Below, in pieces: positions 29,219 to 37,891 of a stretch of DNA of 64,000 nt (position 1 is the stretch's first letter; each line of letters opens with the position of its first letter). Position numbers and translations under genes: made by a program. The notes beneath the pieces were generated by a model. That model saw nothing but the letters and a program-made list of their open reading frames with translations, did no database searches and was not told the origin of the DNA. Origin of the DNA: a virus (taxonomy: Duplodnaviria; Caudoviricetes); IMG/VR virus record IMGVR_UViG_2974521131_000001, positions 19,725-83,724 of that record, one strand, 5' to 3'.

Positions 29219-29620
29219 TTGAGCCGTACCCGTAAGTCAGCAAAGGCAGCTGGATCGACGTTCGAGCGTCAGATCGCCGATTGCCTGCGAGATGCACTGG
29301 GCGACCCCAACATTCAACGGGCACCACTGTGGGGAGCAGTCGACAAGGGCGATATAGTTAACGTGCGGATCGACGGCCACGATTTAGTTATACAGACTAA
29401 GAACGTAACCAAGTTAGATCTTCCCAAAGGCGTCGGAGACGCTAAAGTTCAAGCGGTGAATGCAGACGCGCTCGCGGGCCTGTTCATCCACAAACGACAC
29501 GGCAAGGCCAACCCGATGGATCAGTGGGTTAGCTGCACGGTCGCAGAGTTAGTTGCACTAATCACCAAGGTGCCGGTACACGCCGGTGCTGCGGAAGGGA
29601 TAGAGGGGAGGCGGGATTGA
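29219..29620 (+). CDS. Holliday junction resolvase (PD-(D/E)XK)
   Basis: AG..FER..AD.L, DKGDI, IQTKN motif. Confidence 0.8.
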   Translation: MSRTRKSAKAAGSTFERQIADCLRDALGDPNIQRAPLWGAVDKGDIVNVRIDGHDLVIQTKNVTKLDLPKGVGDAKVQAVNADALAGLFIHKRHGKANPMDQWVSCTVAELVALITKVPVHAGAAEGIEGRRD

Positions 29621-30246
29621 CCGCCACACTGGAAAGCAGCAGCAACGATTTCGACTGGCGTACCCGGTCGGTCTGCACTGCGGAGGACTTCGACATGTCG
29701 TTCGACAGCGTCGAGGATCTGGTCGAGAACGGCATGGAGCACAACGAAGCGTTCATCTTCTGTGCGACCACCGTGGAGCAGGCGAAGGCCGTATGTGCCC
29801 GCTGCCCCGTGATCAGCGAGTGCCGCGACGACGCGTTCTCCCGTGACGAGGAGTACGGCGTCTGGGGCGGCATGGCCCCCGAGGAGCGCAAGCGGGACCG
29901 CAAGGTCTGGCTGCAGATCAAGAACGGCCCGTCCGTTCCGGCCACCATGGGGGAGATCGCAGACCCCGATGCGCTGAGCGCGAATCCGGCTGCGAACGCG
30001 AAGCTGACCCGCCGTAATGAGCGTGCCCGCATCGCCCGCGACCTGATCCTCATGCAGCCGCATGACTGGAAGACGGTCACGAAGAACAACGGGACTCGTA
30101 CCCGTGATCAGCACCTGCAGGTCATGGACATGATCCTGGCCAACCCGAGTTCACCGGCTGAGCAGATCGCCAACCGTATCGGGAAGCGCGGGGAGTACGT
30201 GAACTCCATGCTCCGCGAAGCTTGTGCGGCGCTGGACATTTCGTAG
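29617..30246 (+). CDS. whiB: WhiB-family transcription factor with C-terminal extension
   Basis: W...VC, AKAVCARCPV..EC, YGVWGG...EER. Confidence 0.88.
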   Translation: MTATLESSSNDFDWRTRSVCTAEDFDMSFDSVEDLVENGMEHNEAFIFCATTVEQAKAVCARCPVISECRDDAFSRDEEYGVWGGMAPEERKRDRKVWLQIKNGPSVPATMGEIADPDALSANPAANAKLTRRNERARIARDLILMQPHDWKTVTKNNGTRTRDQHLQVMDMILANPSSPAEQIANRIGKRGEYVNSMLREACAALDIS

Positions 30247-30502
30247 ATAGAGCCCAATTCGAGCGGGGAGTGGGTCTTCGGATCCGCTTCCCGCTCTTTT
30301 GGTTCGAAAGAGGTAGTACAATGCTTGGTACAATGGAAGTGACCGAAGTTGAGCCGCGCTCCTTCGGTACCCCCGTAGATGAATCTGTGACGCCGTCCGA
30401 AGCGCCTGCCTACGGGGGTTCTTCTTATTCGGAGACTCCCATCCTGTTCTGCCGCCGCCGTCGGCTGTGGCGTTCCGCCTGGCTCTGACCAGGCAATTCC
30501 TG

Positions 30503-30514
30503 TCCTGTAATCAC
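30503..30514 (-). repeat. GTGATTACAGGA motif copy 5
   Basis: TCCTGTAATCAC; CTGACCAGG 18 bp upstream. Confidence 0.8.
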
Positions 30515-30542
30515 CTCTTACGGCCCCGTACCGTAATTGGTG

Positions 30543-30767
30543 ATGAGCGACATTCACTGGGGCGGAAGCGTTTCCGAGTCTGGACAGATCCAGGTTCTTC
30601 AGGAGCAGCTGACCGCTGAGCGTGCCAAGGTGCAGGCTGTCCGAGACCTCGTAGATGGCTGGATGCTACGCGCCGGTCCAGGTAGCCCAGCTGAGCGTGC
30701 CTATGGCCAGCAGAGAATCTCAGTCACCTTCGCGCACCGCGAGATTCGGAGCCGAATCGATGCGTGA
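30543..30767 (+). CDS. Hypothetical protein
   Basis: ORF after intergenic motif. Confidence 0.55.
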   Translation: MSDIHWGGSVSESGQIQVLQEQLTAERAKVQAVRDLVDGWMLRAGPGSPAERAYGQQRISVTFAHREIRSRIDA

Positions 30768-31191
30768 GCCTGATCTGGTACTGACCCGCGACGACGGCCA
30801 GGTGTACCTCAACCGCTGGCATGTGATCCCGCGCAACCGGTTCCTCAACGTCTACCTGCATCAGTTCCTGGGCAGCGATGACGACCGGGCGCTTCACGAT
30901 CATCCATGGTGGTTCGCGAGCCTAATCCTGAAGGGTGGCTACTGGGAGCACCGCAAGACCGGCTGGGCAACATGGCGTGCCCCTGGATCTTTCGCCATCC
31001 GCAGGCCGAAGACCGCGCACCGCGTCGAGCTGGACGTGGACACCGTCTACAGCTTCGAGCACGATACGTGGCTCGAAAAGCCCGCCTGGACCCTGATTTT
31101 CACCGGACCCAAGATCCGCTCATGGGGATTCCACTGCCCGCAGGGCTGGACCCACTGGCGGGTATTCGACAAGCAGAACGGATGCGAATGA
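30760..31191 (+). CDS. Cupin-fold protein
   Basis: YL.RW, H.F..SDDDRALHDHPW.F.S.ILKGGY.E, H.VEL. Confidence 0.75.
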   Translation: MREPDLVLTRDDGQVYLNRWHVIPRNRFLNVYLHQFLGSDDDRALHDHPWWFASLILKGGYWEHRKTGWATWRAPGSFAIRRPKTAHRVELDVDTVYSFEHDTWLEKPAWTLIFTGPKIRSWGFHCPQGWTHWRVFDKQNGCE

Positions 31192-31460
31192 CCGAGGACG
31201 ACGCCCTGGCCGAGATCGAGACCGCGCAGCGTGAGGCGGGTGTCGAGGCCGACGAGGTCAAGGCCAAGATCAACGCGAACCTCGCCGCCGATCCCGATGA
31301 GGAGACGGCGGAAGAGGCTGCCCGTAAGGACAAGTTCCACCGGATCCTGAATCGCCGGATGCGCCGCGACATGTCCCGGCTGCGTGGGGAGATCAAGACC
31401 AATCGGTCCCGAATCCGCCGCCGCGTCTACCGCGTCCGTGCCTACTACGAGGGGAAGTAA
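31188..31460 (+). CDS. Hypothetical protein (acidic N-, basic C-terminus)
   Basis: ATGA overlap. Confidence 0.6.
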   Translation: MTEDDALAEIETAQREAGVEADEVKAKINANLAADPDEETAEEAARKDKFHRILNRRMRRDMSRLRGEIKTNRSRIRRRVYRVRAYYEGK

Positions 31461-32054
31461 GTGAGCGCAGGCGAAGTCATCACCACCAGCAGTACTGGTG
31501 CGCAGAAGGCCGGAAACCTCGAACGCTTCGACCTGATCCCTGTCGAGGCTCTCCGCGAGCTGGCCGAACACTTTGGTCGTGGTGCCCTCAAGTACGCCGA
31601 CCGCAACTGGGAGAAGGGCTACGAGTGGGGCAAGTCCTACGCAGCCCTGTGCCGTCACCTGACGCAGTTCTGGGCCGGTGAGGACATCGACCCAGAGACC
31701 GGGTCGAAGCACATCATCGCGGTCGCCTGGCACGCATTCGTGTTGGCCACCTTCATGGATCGGTACCCCGAGTTCGATGACCGTGCGGTGGTCGGAGCGA
31801 AGATCGCCGTCGCCATGGACGCGATGGCCGGTGGGGATCCCCGCGAAACGACCACCCTCGAGCCCGAGTGGACCCGCAAGTACGAGTGGTGCGTCAACAA
31901 TGACCGCCAGTACCCGTACGTGTGGCGCGATGGTGACAGCGGTGAAGGCTGGTACTACGAGTGGCCCGCCAAGAGCGGCGAGTGGACCTGGTCCACCGAG
32001 AACGTCACTCCCGGCAACAACCTCGGGCAGTACGACCGGTTCACCCGAGTGTGA
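31461..32054 (+). CDS. dATP/dGTP diphosphohydrolase domain protein (DUF5664)
   Basis: RFDLIP..L...A..FG.GA.KY..RNW.KG..ALCRH..GEDIDPETG..H..AVAW. Confidence 0.85.
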   Translation: MSAGEVITTSSTGAQKAGNLERFDLIPVEALRELAEHFGRGALKYADRNWEKGYEWGKSYAALCRHLTQFWAGEDIDPETGSKHIIAVAWHAFVLATFMDRYPEFDDRAVVGAKIAVAMDAMAGGDPRETTTLEPEWTRKYEWCVNNDRQYPYVWRDGDSGEGWYYEWPAKSGEWTWSTENVTPGNNLGQYDRFTRV

Positions 32055-32206
32055 TCACCGCCGCTGTCGCGCTGCTGTCACTCATCCTCGGAGTGGCAGT
32101 GGCCGACCTGGTCGCCCAAGCCGTAATCATTTGGAAGATCAACGATCTCGCGTCCTGTAATCACTCTGGAACGCGAGATACGTTGTCGGATATGGAGAAT
32201 CAATGA
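32051..32206 (+). CDS. Small membrane protein
   Basis: Hydrophobic N-terminus, GTGA overlap. Confidence 0.45.
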   Translation: MITAAVALLSLILGVAVADLVAQAVIIWKINDLASCNHSGTRDTLSDMENQ

Positions 32207-33003
32207 GCGCCAAGATCCTGGTACTCGACATCGAGCGTCAGTCTGCACTCGTTGACGGCGTGTGGGAGGGCAAGCAGTTCTCGACGTGGGTCGACCCGTC
32301 CCGCGTGATCGAGCCTGCCCGCACCATCTGCTTCGCCTACCGGTGGATGCACGAGGACAAGACGAAGTTCGTCGCTGAGTGGGAGGGTGGCCTTCCGCAG
32401 GACAACCAAGCTCACACCCCTGGCGGTGGTCATCTCAAGATGATCGAGAAGGCCCGCGACCTGTTCGATGAGGCCGACTACATCGTGGGCTTCAACTCGA
32501 AGAACTTCGACGTGAAGTACCTCCGCGCCGACATGTGGCTGTACAACCTGCTGCAGCCTGCACCGCACACCGACATCGACCTGATGCAGCAGGCCACCAA
32601 GAACTTCAAGCTGTACGCCAAGTCGATGAAGTACATCGCCAAGGTGAAGGCGATGGAGGGCAAGGAGCAGACCGAGAAGGGGCTGTGGCGCAAGCTGCGG
32701 TTCGCCGACGGTGACGTGCTGCGCCGCGCTCAGCGGTCCATGAAGAAGTACAACATGCGCGACGTGGACCAGACCATCGAGATCTTCGAGGACATGCGTG
32801 GCTGGCTGTCGGGCATGAATCTGGGCCTCTATGAGGACGGCCTAGGTCCGTTCTGCTCGAACTGCGCCTCCGACGACATCCAGTACCGAGGGTGGGCGGG
32901 CAACCGCACCTACAAGTACAAGCGCTTCCAGTGTAACAAGTGCGGCAAGTGGGGCAGGGACTCCAAGTCGTTCACGTCCATCTCATCCATCGGCATCGCG
33001 TAG
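32203..33003 (+). CDS. DnaQ/RNase H-like 3'-5' exonuclease with C-terminal Zn ribbon
   Basis: LDIE, GFN.KNFD, YN.RDV (ExoI-III); CxxC..C..C. Confidence 0.85.
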   Translation: MSAKILVLDIERQSALVDGVWEGKQFSTWVDPSRVIEPARTICFAYRWMHEDKTKFVAEWEGGLPQDNQAHTPGGGHLKMIEKARDLFDEADYIVGFNSKNFDVKYLRADMWLYNLLQPAPHTDIDLMQQATKNFKLYAKSMKYIAKVKAMEGKEQTEKGLWRKLRFADGDVLRRAQRSMKKYNMRDVDQTIEIFEDMRGWLSGMNLGLYEDGLGPFCSNCASDDIQYRGWAGNRTYKYKRFQCNKCGKWGRDSKSFTSISSIGIA

Positions 33004-33011
33004 GAGACACC

Positions 33012-33251
33012 ATGACCGCACAGATCGCCGCATTCGGCAACGCCACCATCGACTTCCTCCCGCACGAGCCGGTCGGTTCCGACTGGGTCATCCGCAACGT
33101 GCCCATGGACCAGCTCGATGAGTTCTTCGACTACATGGCCACCGAAGACGGCAAGCAGATCCGCAAGAACGTGATCGCCCAGTGGCTGCTGGCTACGGGT
33201 GGTTGCACTGTGGCCGAGTACAACTCGGTTGTTCGTGAGGTGACCGCATGA
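33012..33251 (+). CDS. Hypothetical protein
   Basis: AGGAG RBS. Confidence 0.6.
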   Translation: MTAQIAAFGNATIDFLPHEPVGSDWVIRNVPMDQLDEFFDYMATEDGKQIRKNVIAQWLLATGGCTVAEYNSVVREVTA

Positions 33252-33463
33252 GCATCCGCACCGAGGACATCCCGCTGATCAAGCAGCTCGAGGACGTGCT
33301 GGTGGCCGAATTGGACCGCCAGTACCTCGACGGCGAGATCGAGTCGGACTCCACGGGATCGGCTCACTTCGACGCTGTCGACGGGGAGATCACCGGCAAG
33401 CCTGACTGGTTCAAGGCTGTTCGAGCGGTCGTGGAAGCGCTCTGGGAGGAAGAGGGCCGGTGA
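33248..33463 (+). CDS. Hypothetical protein
   Basis: ATGA overlap. Confidence 0.6.
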   Translation: MSIRTEDIPLIKQLEDVLVAELDRQYLDGEIESDSTGSAHFDAVDGEITGKPDWFKAVRAVVEALWEEEGR

Positions 33464-33903
33464 GCGGAATCTTCGCGACCCTGCTGCTGATCCTGTTACT
33501 GGTCCTCGGATGGGCCGTGATTGGGGTTGGCATCGCCAGCCTGGTCCTGGGATTGGAGCGCCGCTGATGGGTTACATGCTCCCCGTGATCGCCCTCGCCT
33601 TCGGCTCTGTCGTCCTCCTTGCCGCCCTGGCCGAGTTCATCTTTCAGATGTACGACCGATGACCGGCCTGTTCATGCTCCTGGGCTGCGCCCTCACCTTC
33701 ACCGGTATGGGCATCTTCATCTACGACGCGGCCACGATGACGGTCGCACCGCCGTCCATCGAGATCATCGTCATCCTCGTACTCATCTTCGGTGGCCTGC
33801 TCACCATGGTCGGCGCGATGGTCAGCGAGGCCTACCGCTGATGGCCATCGTCGCGACCTACATCCTCATCATCTTCATCCTCTACCGCGTCTTCAGTCAC
33901 TAG
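33460..33903 (+). other. Four tandem membrane microproteins (33460-33567, 33567-33662, 33659-33841, 33841-33903)
   Basis: Read manually; each hydrophobic and coupled by stop/start overlaps. Confidence 0.55.
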
Positions 33904-33910
33904 GAGCCTC

Positions 33911-34429
33911 ATGACCACCTGGAAACCGGTCCCGCACATGGCTTTCGCCGAGTACGAAGCGTCCACCGACGGCGAGATCTTCATCAAGGAATACCAGCGG
34001 GAGCACCGCTCGAAGAACAAGGTGTGGACCAAGACCTATGGCGGCAAGGTGCTGCAGCAGCGCATCCGCCCCACGGGACTATCCGCTGGCAAGCATCCCG
34101 TCGTCGGCGTCCGCACCTCCACCGGAGGTAGCAAGGAGAAGCGAGTCGCCCTGCTGGTGGCCTCCGCGTTCCATGGGCTGCCATACGACCCCGAGGACGC
34201 GTCGGACCTGCAGCAGTGGCGTCTGGTCTTCATCGACGGAGACACCCGTAACTGCCGCCCCGAGAACCTCGAATGGGCTCGCGCCATCACTGGCGACACC
34301 GCCGACTTCTACGACCGCAACCGTCGGGCGTGGGAGGAGAGCAAGAAGGAACCCATCAAGTCCTTCATGCGCCGGATGTATGGCGACGACTTCGATGAGG
34401 AGGAGTGGGATGCGCTGGAAGCGGCGTAA
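33911..34429 (+). CDS. NUMOD4 plus degenerate HNH protein
   Basis: WKPVP..YEAS..G NUMOD4; V..LVASAF; IDGD..N...NLEW lacking the first His. Confidence 0.7.
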   Translation: MTTWKPVPHMAFAEYEASTDGEIFIKEYQREHRSKNKVWTKTYGGKVLQQRIRPTGLSAGKHPVVGVRTSTGGSKEKRVALLVASAFHGLPYDPEDASDLQQWRLVFIDGDTRNCRPENLEWARAITGDTADFYDRNRRAWEESKKEPIKSFMRRMYGDDFDEEEWDALEAA

Positions 34430-34529
34430 GCCCCGTCGTCGGATCGACTGGCCCGAGTTCTGGGAAGACCTGATCGAGATCTTCACCTTCGCATGGGTGT
34501 TCACGCTTCTCGATGACCTAATCGACTAG
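34410..34529 (+). CDS. Small hypothetical protein
   Basis: GGAG RBS. Confidence 0.4.
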   Translation: MRWKRRKPRRRIDWPEFWEDLIEIFTFAWVFTLLDDLID

Positions 34530-34536
34530 GAGAGAC

Positions 34537-34704
34537 ATGAGCTACCTACTCTTCACGAAGTACGGGATCCGGCACACCGTGTTCACCCACCTGCCCGCCG
34601 CGAGGGGTGTTCGCACCCGCGACTACAAGGGCAAGGGTTCGATCTACGAGGTTGTGGATGAGCCTGGCCTGGGTCCGCACCTGGAGCTGGTGGACAGCCA
34701 GTGA
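34537..34704 (+). CDS. Hypothetical protein
   Basis: AGGAG RBS; read manually. Confidence 0.55.
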   Translation: MSYLLFTKYGIRHTVFTHLPAARGVRTRDYKGKGSIYEVVDEPGLGPHLELVDSQ

Positions 34705-34934
34705 GCGACATCGACGTGATGGCCGCGATCATCGAGCAGAAGGCCTACGGCAAGGACATCATGGATCGCACCTGGCGAGCCACGACTAAGTCCTCGGTTG
34801 CCACCGCACAGGCCCTCCACGCCGCTGGATTCCGCATGTCGGCAGGAACGGTCGACCAGGCCCAGAACGACGCTCTGGCGGCGCTACAGGCCCGTGTTTC
34901 ACGCCTTGAGGGATGGGCAGGTCTGCCGCAGTGA
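34701..34934 (+). CDS. Hypothetical protein
   Basis: GTGA overlap. Confidence 0.55.
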   Translation: MSDIDVMAAIIEQKAYGKDIMDRTWRATTKSSVATAQALHAAGFRMSAGTVDQAQNDALAALQARVSRLEGWAGLPQ

Positions 34935-35170
34935 GCCTCATCATGCCGATCATGATCAACGACACCACCATTGGGTCGCTGGTCGTTGGCCGCACCGAGC
35001 GTCTCGGGAAGAAGAACGCCACCCACCACTACGAGTGGGAGCTGTTCATGAAGGAAGGCCGCACCCTGCGCGGCACACGCCCATCAGAGCAGTACGCAGG
35101 AACTGTCGAGCACGTCTACGAGGACGGCGCTGTGCAGCTCCTCAAGAAGATCATGGAGCAGATCCCGTGA
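34931..35170 (+). CDS. Hypothetical protein
   Basis: V.H.Y.DGA..L motif. Confidence 0.6.
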   Translation: MSLIMPIMINDTTIGSLVVGRTERLGKKNATHHYEWELFMKEGRTLRGTRPSEQYAGTVEHVYEDGAVQLLKKIMEQIP

Positions 35171-35352
35171 GCGATGCCCGCATTGTCTTGACCATCGACT
35201 ACGAGCCCAACCTGGACCACTACCCCGAGCACATCACCACGAAGCGTGAGGCGATGGAGTTCGACGTGGCGCAGATGCGGGCTGGCGAAGTCGGCGACCT
35301 CGAGCTGGTCGACTACGCCGAGAGTGTCGACTGGCGGGTGGAAGACCACTGA
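35167..35352 (+). CDS. Hypothetical protein
   Basis: GTGA overlap, high GC3. Confidence 0.55.
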   Translation: MSDARIVLTIDYEPNLDHYPEHITTKREAMEFDVAQMRAGEVGDLELVDYAESVDWRVEDH

Positions 35353-35509
35353 GCCTGGCATCGACGCCCGCCCAGCGAGCCGCCTACCTGGCCGGAATGT
35401 GCAAGTGGTGCTTCGTGAATCGGCACCGAGCTGGCAGTCCCGAATGTGACGACTGCTGGAAGTTGAGAGGAACCGGCGCAACCATGCGCCCCGCACGAGA
35501 GGTATTCCC

Positions 35510-35731
35510 ATGACCACCAAGCGCGAGAAGGCCCGTCAGAAGTACAAGGCCCGCTACGGCTATGCCCCGTCGACCGATTCGGCACTGACCTCGTTCATGG
35601 CCACCATGTCGGCGTCCGACTTCTCGGGCTGTTCGGACTACGGTTCGTCGTACTCGTCCAGCTACGACTCGGGCAGCTGTTACAGCGACTCGGGTAGCTC
35701 GTTCTCCGACGGCGGAAGCTGCAGCTTCTGA
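35510..35731 (+). CDS. Small protein with basic N-terminus and Ser/Gly/Asp-rich tail
   Basis: GAGG RBS; low-complexity C-terminus. Confidence 0.6.
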   Translation: MTTKREKARQKYKARYGYAPSTDSALTSFMATMSASDFSGCSDYGSSYSSSYDSGSCYSDSGSSFSDGGSCSF

Positions 35732-35766
35732 GCCGCGTACTGATCCTCACGAATGACGACCGCCAG

Positions 35767-36192
35767 GTGCCCGAAACGGCATGCTGGTGGCGTCTTCGTT
35801 TGCAGCCCAATGAAGATGGCTACGCATGCGTTCACCAGTGGCATGTCGGTGAGGACTGGACACCCGAGAAGTACATCCCGTGGTCGGGGCACATCGACTA
35901 CTTCGATGGTCGCAACGACTGGTCCTGGCCGTACAAGGTCGAGACTCACGTGGTCTACCCGCATCTCAAGGAGAGCTACTACCAGGAGATCGACTGGCAC
36001 TCGGTGCGTCCTGGCAGGCCGGTCTACTACCTCGACGTGCTCGACCTCGTTCCTCCGAGCCTCCCGAGCATTCTTGATCCAAACCCGGTGGGGTTCTTCA
36101 AGTTTTCGAACAGCAAGTGGCATCCACGGGAAACCTGCAGCGAGGCCTGCAGCGAGATGCACACCTACGATTTCGGGTGTTGCATGAGATAA
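35767..36192 (+). CDS. Trp-rich hypothetical protein
   Basis: High GC3. Confidence 0.5.
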   Translation: MPETACWWRLRLQPNEDGYACVHQWHVGEDWTPEKYIPWSGHIDYFDGRNDWSWPYKVETHVVYPHLKESYYQEIDWHSVRPGRPVYYLDVLDLVPPSLPSILDPNPVGFFKFSNSKWHPRETCSEACSEMHTYDFGCCMR

Positions 36193-36208
36193 TGGGTAGA
36201 GGAACCCA

Positions 36209-36535
36209 TTGCCAACCAGTAGCAAAAATGGCCCACGTTCACGAGGCCGAACTGGTGGGAAGTATGAACGGGCGAAGTGGCGCGTACTGAAGGCAAATCA
36301 GATCTGCGCCCACCCCGACTGTCGCAAGCTCATCGACCTGGACCTGAAGTGGCCGGATCCCATGAGCCCCACCGTAAACCACATCATCCCCGTCAAGGAA
36401 CTGGCCTGGGATGATCCACTCACGTACGACGTGGCCAATCTCGAGCCGATGCACCTGGTGTGCAACCAGCGACTCGGTGCTGGGCCGCGTAAGAAGAAGC
36501 CGAAGCACATGAAGTCCCGCAACTGGCGGGAGTAG
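36209..36535 (+). CDS. HNH endonuclease
   Basis: C..P.C..SPTVNHIIP..NL.P.H..CN. Confidence 0.85.
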   Translation: MPTSSKNGPRSRGRTGGKYERAKWRVLKANQICAHPDCRKLIDLDLKWPDPMSPTVNHIIPVKELAWDDPLTYDVANLEPMHLVCNQRLGAGPRKKKPKHMKSRNWRE

Positions 36536-36542
36536 GAGCAGC

Positions 36543-36788
36543 ATGAACCCGAGCATCGGACGCATCGTCCACTACCACTCGTACGGCACACCAGGGGGCG
36601 AGTACCTATCGGAGGCCCGCGCCGCGATCATCACGGCGGTCTACGAGGATGGTCACGAGCTGGCCGACCCGTCGAAAGTCCATGTGGGACTGGCGGTTCT
36701 GAATCCGACGGGCATGTTCTTCAACCAGCTGGTCCCGTTCGCCGAGGAGCCGACGCCGGGGCACTGGAGCTGGCCACCACGGGTCTGA
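36543..36788 (+). CDS. Conserved phage hypothetical protein
   Basis: PSIGRIVHY..RAAIIT..V.NPTG.FF..W.WPPRV; AGGAG RBS. Confidence 0.75.
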   Translation: MNPSIGRIVHYHSYGTPGGEYLSEARAAIITAVYEDGHELADPSKVHVGLAVLNPTGMFFNQLVPFAEEPTPGHWSWPPRV

Positions 36789-36870
36789 GCAAACCCGTGT
36801 TACACTAGAAGTAGGCGTAAGCGCACACGAATGGTGTTGCGCAGCAAACATCATTCAGGTTAGGAATCAC

Positions 36871-37080
36871 ATGGCATCCCCCGAGAATCCATTCGTGCCA
36901 CTCGACCCATCGGACTACAACCTGTCGGGGTCGGCGGCTGCTGAGGCTGCCCTGGCTGGCATTTACAAGCCGCTCGTCGGCGCTGGCCCGCATCCCGACC
37001 TGACCCTGGCCGAGTTGAATCAGCGATTCGACGGCACCGGCACTGCACCTGCACACACGTTCCCGACGCCACAGAACTGA
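36871..37080 (+). CDS. Hypothetical protein
   Basis: AGGA RBS. Confidence 0.5.
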   Translation: MASPENPFVPLDPSDYNLSGSAAAEAALAGIYKPLVGAGPHPDLTLAELNQRFDGTGTAPAHTFPTPQN

Positions 37081-37105
37081 TGTTCTGAGGTCATAGGCCC
37101 TCGAA

Positions 37106-37150
37106 GAGGCCCTCGGTCAGCGAATGTGCTGGTCGGGGGCCTCTTTGGTT
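37106..37150 (+). terminator. Probable intrinsic terminator before RNA island
   Basis: GAGGCCC..GGGCCTC followed by TTTGGTT. Confidence 0.55.
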
Positions 37151-37151
37151 C

Positions 37152-37163
37152 TCCTGTAATCAC
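37152..37163 (-). repeat. GTGATTACAGGA motif copy 6
   Basis: TCCTGTAATCAC at start of RNA island. Confidence 0.8.
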
Positions 37164-37363
37164 CTTGGATCCCCGTCTAATCTTGTTCTTGTCCGGTTCA
37201 AGAGGGACCGGAACGAAGCGGTACAGAACGGGGATCCCTTCCCAAATCCCATGTCTTTCAGGGGATTCCCACTGACTTCAGGGCATGAAGCACCCAGTTG
37301 TCAACCCGACTACCGGGCGCGGTAGTCAACCGACCATCGGGAGATGTCACCCGGTGGTCACCT

Positions 37364-37435
37364 ATGGGCGTGGCTTGATAGGAAAGCAGCGGTCTCCAAA
37401 GCCGCCACACGCAGGTTCGAATCCTGCCGCCCGTG
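37364..37435 (+). tRNA. tRNA-Trp(CCA)
   Basis: Cloverleaf; GCGGT-CTCCAAA-GCCGC; GTTCGAATC. Confidence 0.85.
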
Positions 37436-37515
37436 CGTTCGTTCGGTCACGACCGAACACCGAACACCTGAATCTTGATAACTACATAGCGATTATGTTT
37501 CAAATGTTTTTCAAT

Positions 37516-37891
37516 GGGGCTGTACTGGTTTCGATTGCGAACCGAGTCCATGGAAGCGTGCCGGGAAGATACGCCCGTAACAGTTCAACCTTATAAGCGC
37601 TGCTTTTGTCGCTGCTGATTACGCCGTAGGTGCGTGATCCGGTGGGGTTCAGAGTTTTACCCGTTTTCTGAACTATCCCACCGTCATTCAAACGGGGAAC
37701 CCTCGCAGGAATTGAGCTGATACGTCGCAAGAGGCTAAATAGCGGAAGTCACCAGCAGAGTCGGAATGGAGACCGGCAACTGAGCGTGTCGGGCGTCCCA
37801 CCCCGATGCGACGGAGCGAGTGGGACTACGCACGTAGAAGAATGAGTACAGAGAACGTAAGACGCGGGTTCGATTCCCGCCAGCTCCACCA
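37516..37891 (+). ncRNA. ssrA: tmRNA; tag (A)AAFVAADYAVGA
   Basis: 5' GGGGCTG..TTTCGA, 3' GGTTCGATTCCC.CCAGCTCCACCA with G3:U; resume context ATAAGC|GCT; tag ORF 37599-37637. Confidence 0.93.

Noticed and set aside
31461-32054. Z-base (2-aminoadenine) genome
   Set aside because: No PurZ or dedicated polymerase in the window.
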